From Paracoccaceae bacterium (GTDB taxonomy: Bacteria; Pseudomonadota; Alphaproteobacteria; Rhodobacterales; Rhodobacteraceae), in assembly GCA_026709265.1 (NCBI GenBank), contig JAPOTI010000091.1:17451-81450 (forward strand): 64,000 nt of DNA. The letters are read 5' to 3'. Below, piece after piece: positions 47,560 to 58,624 of this stretch; the first letter of the stretch is position 1; each line of letters opens with the position of its first letter. The notes under the pieces were generated by a model. That model did no database searches. It saw nothing but the letters and a program-made list of their open reading frames with translations, and had not been told where the DNA came from. The translations under genes were made by a program, and so were the position numbers.

Positions 47560-48282
47560 ATGAAGTTTACCGATACAGTCAGTCGCGGATTTGATCGTGT
47601 AGACAGCGTGCGGATCGACGCGGGCCTTCGCGCTCATATGAATAAGGTGTACGGCATGATGTCAGCAGCAATGCTGATCACCGGTGTCGTCGCATTCTTC
47701 GTCGGAAACAGCCCGGCACTCCTGTCAGCTATTTTCACCACGCCGTTGCAGTGGGTCGTTATGCTGGCACCTCTGGGTGTGGTGTTCTTTTTATCTGCGC
47801 GCGTGCACAAGTTGACTCTTGCGACTGCTCAATCCGTCTTCTGGGGATTTGCCGGTCTCATGGGGCTGTCGATCTCCTACATCTTTGCAGTTTATACCGG
47901 GATGGCCATCGCGCAGACATTCCTCGTCACAGCGATCGCTTTTGCCGGTCTCAGTCTCTATGGTTACACAACCAAGAAAGACCTGAGCGGGCTGGGCTCA
48001 TTCCTGATCATGGGTGTCATCGGAATTCTTGCTGCCGCGATTATCAATCTCTTTATCGCATCGGCAGCCCTGGCCTTTGCCATTTCGGTGATCGGGGTGC
48101 TGGTTTTTGCCGGTCTGACGGCCTACGATACGCAGAATATCAAGAACACGTATCTTCAAATGGCCCATGCGGGTAACTCCGAGTGGCTTGGGAAGTCTGC
48201 GGTGATGGGGGCGTTGAGTCTTTACATCAACTTCCTCAACATCTTCCTGTTCCTGCTCGCTCTGTTCGGACAACGCGAATAA
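47560..48282 (+). CDS. BAX-inhibitor-1/YccA-family membrane protein
   Basis: RAHMNKVYGMMSAAMLITG start and seven hydrophobic segments. GGAG lies before the ATG at 47560. Confidence 0.85.
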   Translation: MKFTDTVSRGFDRVDSVRIDAGLRAHMNKVYGMMSAAMLITGVVAFFVGNSPALLSAIFTTPLQWVVMLAPLGVVFFLSARVHKLTLATAQSVFWGFAGLMGLSISYIFAVYTGMAIAQTFLVTAIAFAGLSLYGYTTKKDLSGLGSFLIMGVIGILAAAIINLFIASAALAFAISVIGVLVFAGLTAYDTQNIKNTYLQMAHAGNSEWLGKSAVMGALSLYINFLNIFLFLLALFGQRE

Positions 48283-48320
48283 ATTTTGTGGACTTGGGCT
48301 CAACCCGGGCCCAGAGAAGG

Positions 48321-48350
48321 AAACGGTCGGATTTTCCGACCGTTTTTTTT
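48321..48350. terminator. Rho-independent terminator between convergent BI-1 and rpmG genes
   Basis: ACGGTCGG-ATTTT-CCGACCGT followed by a T8 run on the plus strand. An A-run sits on the other side. Confidence 0.7.
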
Positions 48351-48392
48351 GCCAGGGAGTTTGCCGTCAGTTGGCCTGCTGGCAGAAAGGCA

Positions 48393-48560
48393 CTATTTGA
48401 TTTTGCCTTCCTTGTATTCGACATGTTTACGGGCAACCGGGTCAAATTTGCGTACGGTCATTTTCTCGGTCATCGTTCGTGCATTCTTCTTCGTCACATA
48501 AAAGTGACCGGTCCCGGCAGTCGAATTGAGCCGGATCTTGATTGTTGCTGGTTTTGCCAT
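48393..48560 (-). CDS. rpmG: 50S ribosomal protein L33
   Basis: Manual translation gives [55 protein letters not shown] (55 aa, too short to appear in the ORF track, whose shortest entries are 60 aa). AGGAG RBS. Confidence 0.9.
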   Translation of the reverse strand: MAKPATIKIRLNSTAGTGHFYVTKKNARTMTEKMTVRKFDPVARKHVEYKEGKIK

Positions 48561-48924
48561 TGCGCAGTCTCCTTGCTTTCGTGTCCGATCAGATCTTTCA
48601 AAGCTGCCCCGCCAAGCCCCGCCGATCGTGATCAGGAATAGACGTTCATTTTTGGCCTGGATGCGTTTGCGGAGTCACGGAAAAATCCGAAATCCTTTTC
48701 GGGTCGACTTTCCTTGTGCCATATGAGCATCTGGACGTCTTCATGAGACCCATGCCACTCATGTCCTGTGTATGAACCGATCACACCCTCGTCATCAAAT
48801 GGTTGTCACATAACGGGTGGGAGCAATAACATGAGATGCGCAGAATATGAAAGTCAGAATCAGTGAGTCAAGCCTGCCAACGGCGTTGCTGCTGATGTCG
48901 ATGACACATCAAATGATCAATTTT

Positions 48925-49302
48925 GTGCGGATGGCACGTAAGCCGGATTCTGTCCCAGGCAGGTGAACTGCCCTTCAGCGGTCATTCATCTTGCCGACAT
49001 GTTACCATGCCGGTCATGCTGCCAACCCGGATCACTTGGCCCAGGACGAGCTTTCGGCACAGCCGATCACGATCCCTATTTGGCATTGCTCCCGGTGGGG
49101 CTTGCCGTTGCCGTTGCCGTTGCCGGAAACGCGGTGGGCTCTTACCCCACCGTTTCACCCTTACCTCGTGAGAGGCGGTCTGATCTCTGTGGCGCTTTCC
49201 CTCAGGTTACCCTGGCCGGGCGTTACCCGGCACCGTTGTCCTGGTGGAGTCCGGACTTTCCTCACGACACAAAATGTCGCGCAACCGCCCAGCCATCCGC
49301 AC
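48925..49302 (-). ncRNA. rnpB: RNase P RNA, bacterial type A
   Basis: The minus strand contains GAGGAAAGTCCGGACTCCAC, GGGTAACGCCCGG, GGTAAGGGTGAAACGGTGGGGTAAGAGCCCACC and ACAGAATCCGGCTTA. P1 is closed by GTGCGGATGGC/GCCATCCGCAC. Confidence 0.9.
49101..49128. repeat. Tandem hexamer repeat inside rnpB
   Basis: CTTGCCGTTGCCGTTGCCGTTGCCGG, i.e. about 3.5 units of GGCAAC on the RNA strand. Confidence 0.9.
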
Positions 49303-49334
49303 GATCTATGAACTATGCACCAAAGCAATGCGGG

Positions 49335-50036
49335 TCAAGCCGTGTCGTGGGCAGCAAGAGCCGCAACCGTAGCCATGTCGCTTTCTGTCAACGGGCCCTG
49401 ACGCCAGGGTGCAAAGCGGAGTCGAAAAGCCTGCAACAGCAACCGGAACCTGTCAGGTGTCGCGTGGGGGTCAATCATCGGGTAGCCAAAACGCGCCGCG
49501 TCAACGGCAAACTGCGCCGCGTCGATCATGCAATGACCCGTATCACGTGGCCAGACCGACAGGTTCAATTCGGCCAATCTTTGCCAGTTAAACTTTGGGC
49601 CAGGATCAGTCTTGCGCCCCAGGGCAAAGTCAGAATGTGCAATCACACTGGCTGGATGCAGATTATGGCGTTTAAGAATGCAACGCAGCAATCCTTCCAA
49701 GCATGACATTTGCGGCTCGGAAAACGGCTCATCACCTGAATTGTCAAGTTCGATTCCGATGGACCGCGAGTTGATGTCATCTCGACCCTGCCACTCGCCA
49801 TCTCCCGCATGCCAGGCACGTTTGTCCTCGGCCACCAGTTGAAAACAGGTCCCGTTTGCGGCAATCAGATAATGCGCCGAAACATTGAAGTGATCGCTGC
49901 ATAATCGTTCCAGTGCCGCTTGCGGACTTGTCATCGCCGTATAGTGAAGCACGACCAGCGTTGGTGCATTAACGACTCTTCGGTCGCCAAAATTGGGTGA
50001 CGGATGCCAGATGGCACCCGTCGAAGCGGACTTCAA
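49335..50036 (-). CDS. ampD: N-acetylmuramoyl-L-alanine amidase (AmpD-like, amidase_2)
   Basis: VVLHYTAM...SAHYLI...RAWHAG...NSRSIGIELDN...AHSDFALGRKTDPGPKF. Confidence 0.8.
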   Translation of the reverse strand: MKSASTGAIWHPSPNFGDRRVVNAPTLVVLHYTAMTSPQAALERLCSDHFNVSAHYLIAANGTCFQLVAEDKRAWHAGDGEWQGRDDINSRSIGIELDNSGDEPFSEPQMSCLEGLLRCILKRHNLHPASVIAHSDFALGRKTDPGPKFNWQRLAELNLSVWPRDTGHCMIDAAQFAVDAARFGYPMIDPHATPDRFRLLLQAFRLRFAPWRQGPLTESDMATVAALAAHDTA

Positions 50037-50887
50037 TTGATCATGTTGCGATAAATATCCGGTGTCCAGCCGCAGGCAAACCCATCTCCGTCAGGATCCA
50101 GCCGCAACTTGTCTGTCGCAGGTCCACCGGCGTCGAGAAAAGCCTGCTGCGCGGCATAGTCATTGCCAAATTCCGCACATCTCTGTGCCAGCGAATGCTG
50201 GGCAAAAAATGAGCCGAAGCGACTATAGGCCTTGGTTCCGACCTGGTTTGTGGTGTTGAATGCAAAATCGGCGACGCTTGAAATTCCTGGACTTTGCGGA
50301 ATCTCTTCCGGCAGGAAGTCCAGTCGGGCAGATCGTTGCCGCTCCAGCCTTGCAGCGTCGGACTCAATCGATTCACGATCTGATACCGCAGCAAAATCTT
50401 GCTCGTCAGAGATCAGGTTTTGTGATGACACCTGGTGCCGTGGGGGCACTCCGTCCAATCCCGTGGCGGCGGCGATCGCCAGAATTGCATTGACATTGGC
50501 TTCACCAATCTCGCCCGCCGGCGTCCCGCTGCTGCCGGCAACCACACTCTCGATCGATTGATCAGCAGCACGAATCTCGGGTGGTGTTGTTGTCGCAGGC
50601 CGAACCGTGCCACTGATCGCATCCGGTCCATCGCGTTCGACATACAAGACGGGTGATGTCTCAGGAATCACATCGAGGGCGGGCACCCTTTGGGGATTGT
50701 CGTCCCGAGTCAAATCTCGCTGTTGAGGTTGAATCACCTTTTCGGTCTCAACTCGTAGGGGCAGTTCCTCGACCTGGCCGGGTGAAGATGCCGTCTCCAT
50801 ACTGGTACCGCAGGCTGACAATGCACCCAGGAACGACGAGAAAAGAACGGCGCGGCACAATGCTGGTTGATGAATTTTATACTGCAT
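50033..50887 (-). CDS. Lipoprotein, function unknown
   Basis: Lipobox FLGALSAC after [19 protein letters not shown]-terminal [11 protein letters not shown] motif. Start set at 50887. Confidence 0.5.
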   Translation of the reverse strand: MQYKIHQPALCRAVLFSSFLGALSACGTSMETASSPGQVEELPLRVETEKVIQPQQRDLTRDDNPQRVPALDVIPETSPVLYVERDGPDAISGTVRPATTTPPEIRAADQSIESVVAGSSGTPAGEIGEANVNAILAIAAATGLDGVPPRHQVSSQNLISDEQDFAAVSDRESIESDAARLERQRSARLDFLPEEIPQSPGISSVADFAFNTTNQVGTKAYSRFGSFFAQHSLAQRCAEFGNDYAAQQAFLDAGGPATDKLRLDPDGDGFACGWTPDIYRNMIN

Positions 50888-52382
50888 CGAATGACCACCA
50901 TTTGTCTGGTTTGTTGTTGAATTGGAGGGCTGTCTCAAGCGCATAGGCGCAGTTTAACAGATCTCCTTCTTCCCATGGCCGACCAATAAGCTGAAGTCCC
51001 AGCGGTAAACCGTCTGAACTCAAAGTCGCAGGAATTGCGATTCCTGGCAATCCCGCCAGATTGACCGGAACAGTAAAGACATCGTTCAGATACATTGTTA
51101 TCGGATCATTGTCTCCTATTTCTCCAATACGAAATGCAGATTTGGGAGTTGCAGGTGTCAAAACTGCATCAATCCCGTCATGGAACACCCGATCAAAGTC
51201 CTGTTTGATCAGAGTGCGGACCCTTTGCGCACGGCGATAATAGGCTTCGTAAAATCCCTGTGACAGTACGTAGGCTCCAATCATGATTCGTCGCCTGACC
51301 TCCGGGCCGAACCCTTCAGCCCGCGTTTTCTCATACATTTCGATAATTCCGTCGCCGCCGGCGAGTGTGGCCCGTCGACCATAACGCACACCATCGTAGC
51401 GTGCCAGGTTCGAGGAGGCTTCCGCGGGTGCGATCACATAATAAGCAGGCAGCGCAAATTCAGTGTGTGGCAGCGAGATATCAACCGTCTCGGCACCCGC
51501 TGCCCTGAGTCGATGAGCCCCTTCCGACCAGATATCATCGATTTCTGTCGGCATATTCTCTGCCCGGTACTCGCGCGGAATGCCGATTCTCTTGCCGCGG
51601 ATGTCGCCATCAAGCAAGGCTGCGAAGTCAATCGCCGGTTGATTGGCCGAGGTCGAATCCTTGCTGTCATGGCCACTGATTGCCGAGAGCATGATCGCCG
51701 CATCTTTGACCGAACGTGTCATGGGTCCGGCCTGATCAAGGGATGATGCAAAGGCAATGATCCCCCAGCGTGAACAACGACCGTAGGTTGGCTTGAGACC
51801 GACAATTCCTGATAACGAGGCGGGTTGGCGGATCGACCCACCGGTATCAGTGCCCAATGCGGCGAGACAAAGGTCGGCTGCTACCGCCGCGGCGGATCCT
51901 CCGGACGATCCCCCCGGGGTACGTTTGTCGGACGATTCACGGGCTCTCCATGGATTGACAGCGGGACCATAGATTGAATGTTCAGTCGATGATCCCATCG
52001 CAAATTCATCCATGTTCAGTTTGCCGATCATCACCGCACCACCATCGAGGAGTTTGTTGGTGACTGTGGATTCATATTCCGGAATGAATCCCTCGAGGAT
52101 GCGGGATGCCGCCTGGGTCGGAACTCCTTTGGTACAGAACAGATCCTTGATTCCAACCGGAATACCGCAGACCGGAGATTGATCTCCCTGGGCGAGGCGC
52201 TGATCGGCGGCAGCAGCGCGACTCATCGCAATGTCTTCGGTAATGTGACAGAAAGCGTTGAGCTCCGTCGCAGCCTTCGCCGCTTCGAGGCATGCTTCTG
52301 CCAGTTCTGTTGCGGTAAAGTCACCATTTCTCAAACCGGCCCTTGCCTGCGAGATGGTGAGACTATTCAGCGACATGCTCAT
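50877..52382 (-). CDS. gatA: Glutamyl-tRNA(Gln)/aspartyl-tRNA(Asn) amidotransferase subunit A
   Basis: Amidase signature [17 protein letters not shown] overlap with the gatC stop at 52379-52382. Confidence 0.9.
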   Translation of the reverse strand: MSMSLNSLTISQARAGLRNGDFTATELAEACLEAAKAATELNAFCHITEDIAMSRAAAADQRLAQGDQSPVCGIPVGIKDLFCTKGVPTQAASRILEGFIPEYESTVTNKLLDGGAVMIGKLNMDEFAMGSSTEHSIYGPAVNPWRARESSDKRTPGGSSGGSAAAVAADLCLAALGTDTGGSIRQPASLSGIVGLKPTYGRCSRWGIIAFASSLDQAGPMTRSVKDAAIMLSAISGHDSKDSTSANQPAIDFAALLDGDIRGKRIGIPREYRAENMPTEIDDIWSEGAHRLRAAGAETVDISLPHTEFALPAYYVIAPAEASSNLARYDGVRYGRRATLAGGDGIIEMYEKTRAEGFGPEVRRRIMIGAYVLSQGFYEAYYRRAQRVRTLIKQDFDRVFHDGIDAVLTPATPKSAFRIGEIGDNDPITMYLNDVFTVPVNLAGLPGIAIPATLSSDGLPLGLQLIGRPWEEGDLLNCAYALETALQFNNKPDKWWSFDAV

Positions 52383-52669
52383 TCGACAACTTTTGGCACG
52401 ACGAAGAAACCTTCGCGTGAATCCGGAGCGTTTGTCACGACATGAGCGCGTTCGATTGTGGGATCGACATCGTCTGATCTCCATTTGAGTTGCATCGGCG
52501 TCGCCGATGACATCGGCTCAACATCCGCGACATCCACGTCGTTCAGGCTCGACATGAAGCCGAGGATCGCCTGCAGTTCAGACGCGATGCCCGGTAACTC
52601 GTCTTCGTTGACACGAATTCTCGCGAGATGTGCCGCCTTGCGTGCATCATCAATGTCAATGGCCATCAA
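52379..52669 (-). CDS. gatC: Amidotransferase subunit C
   Basis: 95-96 aa: [44 protein letters not shown]. Immediately upstream of gatA. Confidence 0.85.
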   Translation of the reverse strand: MMAIDIDDARKAAHLARIRVNEDELPGIASELQAILGFMSSLNDVDVADVEPMSSATPMQLKWRSDDVDPTIERAHVVTNAPDSREGFFVVPKVVE

Positions 52670-53358
52670 TTACTCTCTCTTCCTTGATGTGAAACCTTCT
52701 GTCCCTCACTGCGGCTCAAATGGGCAGCGAGTGCATATATCAGCCACCCAAGTAACACGGCATTCACAATATGCCAGATGAAATGCGTGCCAATTGGGAC
52801 GGAAGAACAAACTTTCAGGTCAAGCCAGCGAAAAAATATGGATAAAGCGAGCAGGATAAATCCGTATCCCAGGTCTCTTGCCACGATTGGCAGACGATGT
52901 CTGAGAAAAACTGCATAGCCGAGAATGAGCAGTGCGATTGGAATATATCCGGACGATTCGCCAATCCATGGAAACAGATACAGTGTGGCCCAGATGACGA
53001 TGAAGGAATAGGGAAAGAAGAGCAAGCAAATCGCTGTTGCCACAGGGGGTCTGACCTCGAGAAAATGTCGGTTGGTTGCGTAAAGGTACACGAGGACAAA
53101 AAGCACGATTGCGAGCACATCGATGATTCCTGTGAATCGATTGGCAAATGTATGAAACAGCATTGATCCGGCACCGATGAGGCATACGAGGACGGACAAC
53201 GCAATCGTGACTGAATGCCGCCGCGTTTCCGGTCGTGCCAAAGACCAGGCTGCGGCGATGAAGAATGCCAGATTGGTCAGCGCATTGAGAGGTTCCGAGA
53301 ACAGGCCCGGATGCAATCGCTCACAGTAGCCATCTACATATGTGAAGAGATTTTCCAT
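52666..53358 (-). CDS. Ceramidase-like (alkaline phytoceramidase family) membrane protein
   Basis: N-terminus MENLFTYVDGYCERLHPGLFSEPLNALTNLAFF and seven hydrophobic segments. Confidence 0.6.
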   Translation of the reverse strand: MENLFTYVDGYCERLHPGLFSEPLNALTNLAFFIAAAWSLARPETRRHSVTIALSVLVCLIGAGSMLFHTFANRFTGIIDVLAIVLFVLVYLYATNRHFLEVRPPVATAICLLFFPYSFIVIWATLYLFPWIGESSGYIPIALLILGYAVFLRHRLPIVARDLGYGFILLALSIFFRWLDLKVCSSVPIGTHFIWHIVNAVLLGWLIYALAAHLSRSEGQKVSHQGRESN

Positions 53359-53399
53359 CTTGTCACGACGAATGTTGATGAATCACTTTTTGGCGGGTT

Positions 53400-53690
53400 C
53401 ATGCAGGGCGTATAACCGATCAGAAGCTGACGCGATATAGGCCGACTGTTTTGGCAGCAATTCCCGCTCATTCCGAACGCGTTCGATTTTGTCCAGGTGT
53501 TTTGCTGGCGGTTTGGGTCCGGCACAGCGAATCCGGGCGGCGGAATCGTCGCGGGTTGATGAGTTGGCGATGTGGGGGATGAACTTTGAAGACGACGTGG
53601 GGGCAGGTGGCCGCACAGGCGGCGGGGTTCAGGGTTCGGGGAGGATGTCTTTGCGGGCGGGGCGTTGCAGGGCCGCATCGGCGCGTTCCC
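53400..53690 (-). repeat. Copy 2 of the diverged ~290 bp repeat (its partner is at 7190-7480)
   Basis: See copy 1. It spans the stop of ORF 53629-54099 and the whole intergenic region up to the ceramidase-like gene. Confidence 0.7.
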
Positions 53691-54099
53691 CCCGCATCTC
53701 CGGGTCAAAGCAGAGCAGCGAGGGATATGTGAAATGAAACATCGCGACATCGGCCATCAGACAATCCATCACGGTGATCCCACAGCTGGCCACCGGGTCC
53801 GGAATCTTCTGAAACACCCATGCCGCCGGGACATCATCACGTCCATTTTTTGCAGATGGCGCATGGTCTTTGGGGGCAGGACACGACTCGATTGTGTGCG
53901 TTGTTGCCACCAACAATAAACAAATCACCGGGCACGGCCAAGACGCGCCCCAGAGAGACCCGAAGAGTTTACGAAAAAATATTTTCGCAAACAACTCGTC
54001 CACTGAAATCACAGCAGAAAATACATGAGCGGGAACTGCTGCTGTTTTGGACGCATCATGTCGGTCAATCCTGACGGGTTCTCCCTTGACCCTCTTCAT
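53629..54099 (-). CDS. Hypothetical protein (weak call)
   Basis: Only a long ORF in the tadA/ceramidase gap. Cys-rich, with no recognisable motif. Its last 14 codons (...RPARKDILPEP) are echoed at 7208-7252. Confidence 0.25.
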   Translation of the reverse strand: MKRVKGEPVRIDRHDASKTAAVPAHVFSAVISVDELFAKIFFRKLFGSLWGASWPCPVICLLLVATTHTIESCPAPKDHAPSAKNGRDDVPAAWVFQKIPDPVASCGITVMDCLMADVAMFHFTYPSLLCFDPEMRGERADAALQRPARKDILPEP

Positions 54100-54123
54100 T
54101 CCCCGAATTGCGAGACAAGGGGT

Positions 54124-54564
54124 TCAGGAATCCTTTCGCAATCGGGCAAAAAAATCCTGCAACAAACCTCTTGCTTCTTTTTCGCCCGTTCCGACGTAAA
54201 TTTCGGGCTTGTGATGAATTTGCCGATTTTCAAAAATCCGCGGTCCGGATTCGATCGCCCCTGATTTTGGATCCGATGCAGCATAATGGAGACGAGCAAT
54301 CTGTGCCAATGAGATTGCGGTCGCACACATCGCACAGGGTTCAAGTGTGACGTAGAGGTGATAGCCCGGAAGACGTTCGCTTGACACGCGTTTGCAGGCG
54401 GCTCGGATCGCAAGGATTTCTGCATGTGCAGTTGGATCGCGATATTCGCGGACCCGGTTCCCGGTCGCGGCGATCAGTTGACCCTTTGGATCGGCGATCG
54501 CCGCACCCACCGGCACTTCCCCACGACGATAAGCGGCGCGGGCCTCGGCAAGTGCAACCGACAT
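54124..54564 (-). CDS. tadA: tRNA-specific adenosine deaminase
   Basis: GEVPVGAAI, HAEILAIR, TLEPCAMCATAI deaminase zinc motifs. Start set at MSVALAEA (54564), which gives a typical ~147 aa protein. Confidence 0.85.
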   Translation of the reverse strand: MSVALAEARAAYRRGEVPVGAAIADPKGQLIAATGNRVREYRDPTAHAEILAIRAACKRVSSERLPGYHLYVTLEPCAMCATAISLAQIARLHYAASDPKSGAIESGPRIFENRQIHHKPEIYVGTGEKEARGLLQDFFARLRKDS

Positions 54565-55285
54565 ATGGCCGGCAAACGGAGAGGGTGGCCCCCAGCGTAT
54601 CTCACCCCGGTTCGAGTGGTTATTTTTCACCATCTCGCTCGGCGCGCGTACCAATCAGACGTCGCGCGATATGGGTGATGGGCCATATCTGGAAGAATGC
54701 TGTGCGCCGATTGTCTCGTTGATCACCTTCGAATAGCCGCGCCCACCGCCGCACCGCGACCTCGTCAAAACTGTTGTGGCGGAGTTTGCCAACCTCCGTG
54801 CATCTGCACCGTTCAATCTGGTATGCGGCACGTTAACGCGGACCTTCATCTGCCGTTCCCAATCCCATCGGTATGTGTCAGCATGACCCAGACTGTAGCC
54901 TTGCGGGCGTCCGGGTGCGCCTCGCGACATGGCCGGGTTATCTCCCCGATCCACCCTGGCGGTGTTCTGGTGTTATGACTTGACAGACGACAGGGCTTCG
55001 CCTTACCCGCCCGATCAAACCAGAGAGTTTGACCTAAAATTCCAGACCACAGGCAATATATTGTATTAATTGGCCACTTTCTATCACATCTTATACAATA
55101 TATAGTATTTTGATTCAGCCTCTAAGGGATTCACACTGATCTTGGCGACGGAACATAACTGCCGTGGCCAGTAAACTCAACCGAAGTTGCTGTCATGTGA
55201 TATTAGTCGCACAGGCTTGTGCTCGTCTTCAGGTTTTTGTTTGTCCCTGCAGGGAATAAAGTCTCGTGAGAGAATTACGCGCGGT

Positions 55286-56140
55286 ATGTTCATGTCGAAC
55301 CCGATAGATTTGCCAGAGACGGAAGATTCAGGTTCCGTGAACCGGGGTCAGCGTCTGGCCAAGCTCATCTCCAGATCCGGTATTGAGTCCCGGCGTGGCG
55401 CGGAACGCCTCATCGAAGCCGGGCGGGTCAAAGTCAATGGTGCTGTCGTTCTCAGCCCCGCCACCAACGTCACGCAGCGTGATCGAATTGCCGTAGACGG
55501 GCAAATTCTGCCTGAGGTCGAGCCTTCTCGGCTATGGTTGCATTATAAACCACGTGGACTGGTGACGACTGCACGCGATGAAAAGGGGCGGGACACGGTT
55601 TTCGACCGACTGCCGTCCGGATTGCCTCGTCTGATGCCCGTTGGTCGGCTGGATTTGTCATCGGAGGGGTTGTTATTGTTGACCAACGATGGAGAACTCA
55701 AAAGTTGGTTGGAACATCCGTCCACGGGGTGGATGCGCAAGTATCGGGTCCGCGCCTTTGGCAATCCTGACACGGCTTGGTTTGAAGAACTCAAGAATGG
55801 TGTCAGGATAGACGGGCAACTCATGGGTCCGATGACAATTGATATCGACAGTCGGTCCAAGAACAATATGTGGTTCACCATTGGTTTGCGGCAGGGCCGT
55901 AACCGGGAAATCCGTCGCGCGATGGAGGCGGCAGGCATGATGGTCAATCGGCTGATTCGTGTCTCCTATGGGCCTTTTCGACTGGGCCAGTTGAAACCTG
56001 GTGACGTGACGGAGGTGCGTCGCAAGGTTCTTCGCGATCAGATCGGACATATGATACCGGTGGCGATGGCACAAAAGGTGCGCGCCGATCGTAACACGCA
56101 TCCGAAACAGAAAAAACAGCGGCAAAGGAGAAGGTCATGA
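55286..56140 (+). CDS. rluB: RsuA/RluB-family pseudouridine synthase
   Basis: S4 domain (RLAKLISRSGIESRRGAERLIEAGRVKVNG), catalytic VGRLDLSSEGLLLLTNDG, basic C-terminal tail. Confidence 0.85.
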   Translation: MFMSNPIDLPETEDSGSVNRGQRLAKLISRSGIESRRGAERLIEAGRVKVNGAVVLSPATNVTQRDRIAVDGQILPEVEPSRLWLHYKPRGLVTTARDEKGRDTVFDRLPSGLPRLMPVGRLDLSSEGLLLLTNDGELKSWLEHPSTGWMRKYRVRAFGNPDTAWFEELKNGVRIDGQLMGPMTIDIDSRSKNNMWFTIGLRQGRNREIRRAMEAAGMMVNRLIRVSYGPFRLGQLKPGDVTEVRRKVLRDQIGHMIPVAMAQKVRADRNTHPKQKKQRQRRRS

Positions 56141-56274
56141 GCACCACGTGTTTTATGGGGCGCGACAATTTTTTCGGCACTTGCAGTTTTGTCACGCCGA
56201 TAACGTCAAGGTGCGGCGACATTCGGTTTTGTTCGTGGTGGTCGACCGAGACTGCCGGTACGAAAGCCTGATAT

Positions 56275-57168
56275 TTGAGAAATGGTGGATTGATGTTGCG
56301 TGCCCGGGATATGGATAAAACAGGTTTTTCGGCAATTCGATTGATATGTTGTGTCGCAGTGTCATGCGCCATATCCGGATGCCAGTTGCTGCCTTTCTCA
56401 TCTCAGAGCGGTGTCTCTGCGCGTTCAGACTATGCGCGGCTGACATCTCGCCAGGCGATTGAACAGGCAACCTTACCAGGAAACGCGATCGTCGGCGGTG
56501 ATGACGCCATGCGGGTGTCGTGGCCATCGGCAACGCTCGCCAGTGAATTTCAGGAGTTGGTTTTTTCCGGATCCGCATCAGATCGGCGCCAGGATTCTGT
56601 TCCGCTGCAAAAGTGGACCGTGCCGGTACGCATCGTGACGTTCTTTGACGATTCAGTGCCACGCGCCATTCAGGAAGCTGATCGACGATTCCTGCTCTCT
56701 CTGGCGTTGCGACTCGAACATTTCACCGGTCACCCCGTCAAGTTGGTGGAATCACGGCCGAATATGCGCGTGTTTGTGATGAATGAAGCCAAAATTGCAA
56801 ATGCCGGAACAGCCGGGCGGACACTTGCCGCGCGTGACCGGTCGCAGGCTTGTACATTCAAGGCCACATCGGGGGAACCACCTGAGTCCGGTCTGAAGGA
56901 GGTCAGTATCTATATTCGCTCAGAACTGCCGGAACGGCTTCGCCACCGTTGCTATCGTCAGCAAATGACACGCGGAATGGGTTTTTTGGGAGTGAGCGGG
57001 GATATCAGCCCCACGGTTTTGTCGACAATTGATGCTGCAGATGAATTCACGAGTTTTGACGACCTGATGTTGCGGATGCTGTACGATCCCCGTTTGAAAT
57101 CTGGCATGACCCGTTCTCAGGCGCGTCTTCCGATCCACGATCTGTCCACAGAACTGGGTCTTCGCTGA
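56275..57168 (+). CDS. Lipoprotein, function unknown (DUF2927-like by recollection)
   Basis: Lipobox CAISGC. No catalytic motif recognised. The start is uncertain (several Met codons between 56275 and 56311). Confidence 0.5.
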   Translation: MRNGGLMLRARDMDKTGFSAIRLICCVAVSCAISGCQLLPFSSQSGVSARSDYARLTSRQAIEQATLPGNAIVGGDDAMRVSWPSATLASEFQELVFSGSASDRRQDSVPLQKWTVPVRIVTFFDDSVPRAIQEADRRFLLSLALRLEHFTGHPVKLVESRPNMRVFVMNEAKIANAGTAGRTLAARDRSQACTFKATSGEPPESGLKEVSIYIRSELPERLRHRCYRQQMTRGMGFLGVSGDISPTVLSTIDAADEFTSFDDLMLRMLYDPRLKSGMTRSQARLPIHDLSTELGLR

Positions 57169-57228
57169 CAGATGAGCAAATGCGACCCCGCGCGGTGTCA
57201 ATTGGTCCGATTGTGATCCGGGGAGTGA

Positions 57229-57303
57229 TGGTGCCTGGGGGCGGATTTGAACCACCGACACGAGGATTTTCAGTCCACTGCTCTACCCCTGAGCTACCCA
57301 GGC
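57229..57303 (-). tRNA. tRNA-Phe (anticodon GAA)
   Basis: The reverse complement folds as GCCTGGG-TA-GCTC-AGGGGTA-GAGC-A-GTGGA-CTGAAAA-TCCTC-GTGTC-GGTGG-TTCAAAT-CCGCC-CCCAGGC-A-CCA. Confidence 0.9.
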
Positions 57304-57389
57304 ACAAGGTGACGTTCACTACGACAGACCGTCAATCCTGTCCATAGGTGAATTGTCATGGCATACCGTTTCGAAACCGCGTTGCATTT

Positions 57390-57587
57390 TCAGGCCGTTT
57401 CTGGCTCTTTGAGAGTCCGAAGGTCCCGATCTGCAGTATCGGGACCGCGACGCTCTTCTGGTGGAATCACGTAGCTTCCGTCCAGCCAACGGCCAAGATC
57501 AATATCGGCGCAACGGCGCGAACAAAAGGGACGAAAACGCTGTTCCGCGACGTCATTGCAAACCGGGCAGTTCATTCTTCGAGCCAT
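57390..57587 (-). CDS. yacG: DNA gyrase inhibitor YacG (zinc-binding)
   Basis: CPVC...[21 protein letters not shown] is the YacG zinc-ribbon signature. 65 aa. Confidence 0.85.
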   Translation of the reverse strand: MARRMNCPVCNDVAEQRFRPFCSRRCADIDLGRWLDGSYVIPPEERRGPDTADRDLRTLKEPETA

Positions 57588-58624
57588 CGACAGAGCGGAT
57601 ATCTCTCACGATGCCGGTGTATTTCATAATGACCAAGCCGTGTCCAGCCGACCAGCGTGGTTGCGACGCGATCAGCAAGGAAGGCCTGACGGAGTGTATC
57701 TTCAACCTGTTGCCGCCCTCTATCGGTGAGAGGTACAAAATCAATCACGATCTGTCCTCCGAGGCCACGAATCCGCATATGTCGCGGCAACTCCCGGGCG
57801 GCGGCCAGGTTCGTATGCAGCCCTGACTTTCCTGACAGGTCCCGGCCACTATTGACGTCAATCGCAACAAATGCATGCGTTGGCTCCACAACGAGATTTC
57901 CGCCGTTGGAAAGTGGCGCTTTCCGATTGATGAAGGGTTCAAGCATCTCGAAGATGCTCTCTTGATCGAATGTATCCCCTCCAGAAACGATGTCGAGGGA
58001 CGCCGTATCTCCCCAGTTTGCGATCATGCGATCCAATATTGATGGTGGAAAGCCGAGGATTGTGAATTGATCTCCCGGACCTTGTTTCATGATCTGTCCG
58101 TAGTCACGCGACAATCGGTCGAGATCATCGGTGAGCTGTCTGTCACTGGCAAACATCGCCGAACTGCGGACAATGAATCCGAGCGCATCATCATGGTGGG
58201 TCGTTGCACGTTGTACGCGTTGCCGAATTCTCTCTCTGGCTTCCGGATCATTGATTTTTCCTGATATCGTGACAGCGCGGCGGGAATTTGTCGCGACCAG
58301 GTAGCGACCACGGATTTCCAAACGGGTTGTGAGCGGGATCAGTTTTCCCTGATCGGCGTAGCCGCTGACCTGTACACGAAGTGGTTCTCCCTCTCTCAGG
58401 GGGCTTGCGCATCGCAAAAAGCCGCGGCGCTGTTTGCCAAGCCGCACGATCCAGGCGCCTTGACTGCTCAGCGCACGCTCGACGATGCCCGACAGAATGG
58501 TTCCGGGCTCGATCTCGCTCGCGGGGGGTTGAAACACGAAATCGTCAAGAACGCCGTCAGTGATGACGGCGACGGCCTGACGATTGTCAAGTCGTGTCTG
58601 GACGATTCTACGAATCAGCACCAT
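57572..58624 (-). CDS. rng: Ribonuclease E/G-family protein
   Basis: S1-like N-terminus ([12 protein letters not shown]...AWIVRLG), the VAIDVNSG catalytic block, and GGQIVIDFV. Confidence 0.8.
   Translation of the reverse strand: MVLIRRIVQTRLDNRQAVAVITDGVLDDFVFQPPASEIEPGTILSGIVERALSSQGAWIVRLGKQRRGFLRCASPLREGEPLRVQVSGYADQGKLIPLTTRLEIRGRYLVATNSRRAVTISGKINDPEARERIRQRVQRATTHHDDALGFIVRSSAMFASDRQLTDDLDRLSRDYGQIMKQGPGDQFTILGFPPSILDRMIANWGDTASLDIVSGGDTFDQESIFEMLEPFINRKAPLSNGGNLVVEPTHAFVAIDVNSGRDLSGKSGLHTNLAAARELPRHMRIRGLGGQIVIDFVPLTDRGRQQVEDTLRQAFLADRVATTLVGWTRLGHYEIHRHRERYPLCRWLEE

Noticed and set aside
54613-54830. A possible small minus-strand ORF upstream of tadA (...FDEVAVRRWARLFEGDQRDNRRTAFFQIWPITHIARRL...)
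   Set aside because: It has no ATG, only a weak internal GTG start, is about 45 codons long, and has no recognisable family. The evidence is too weak to call.
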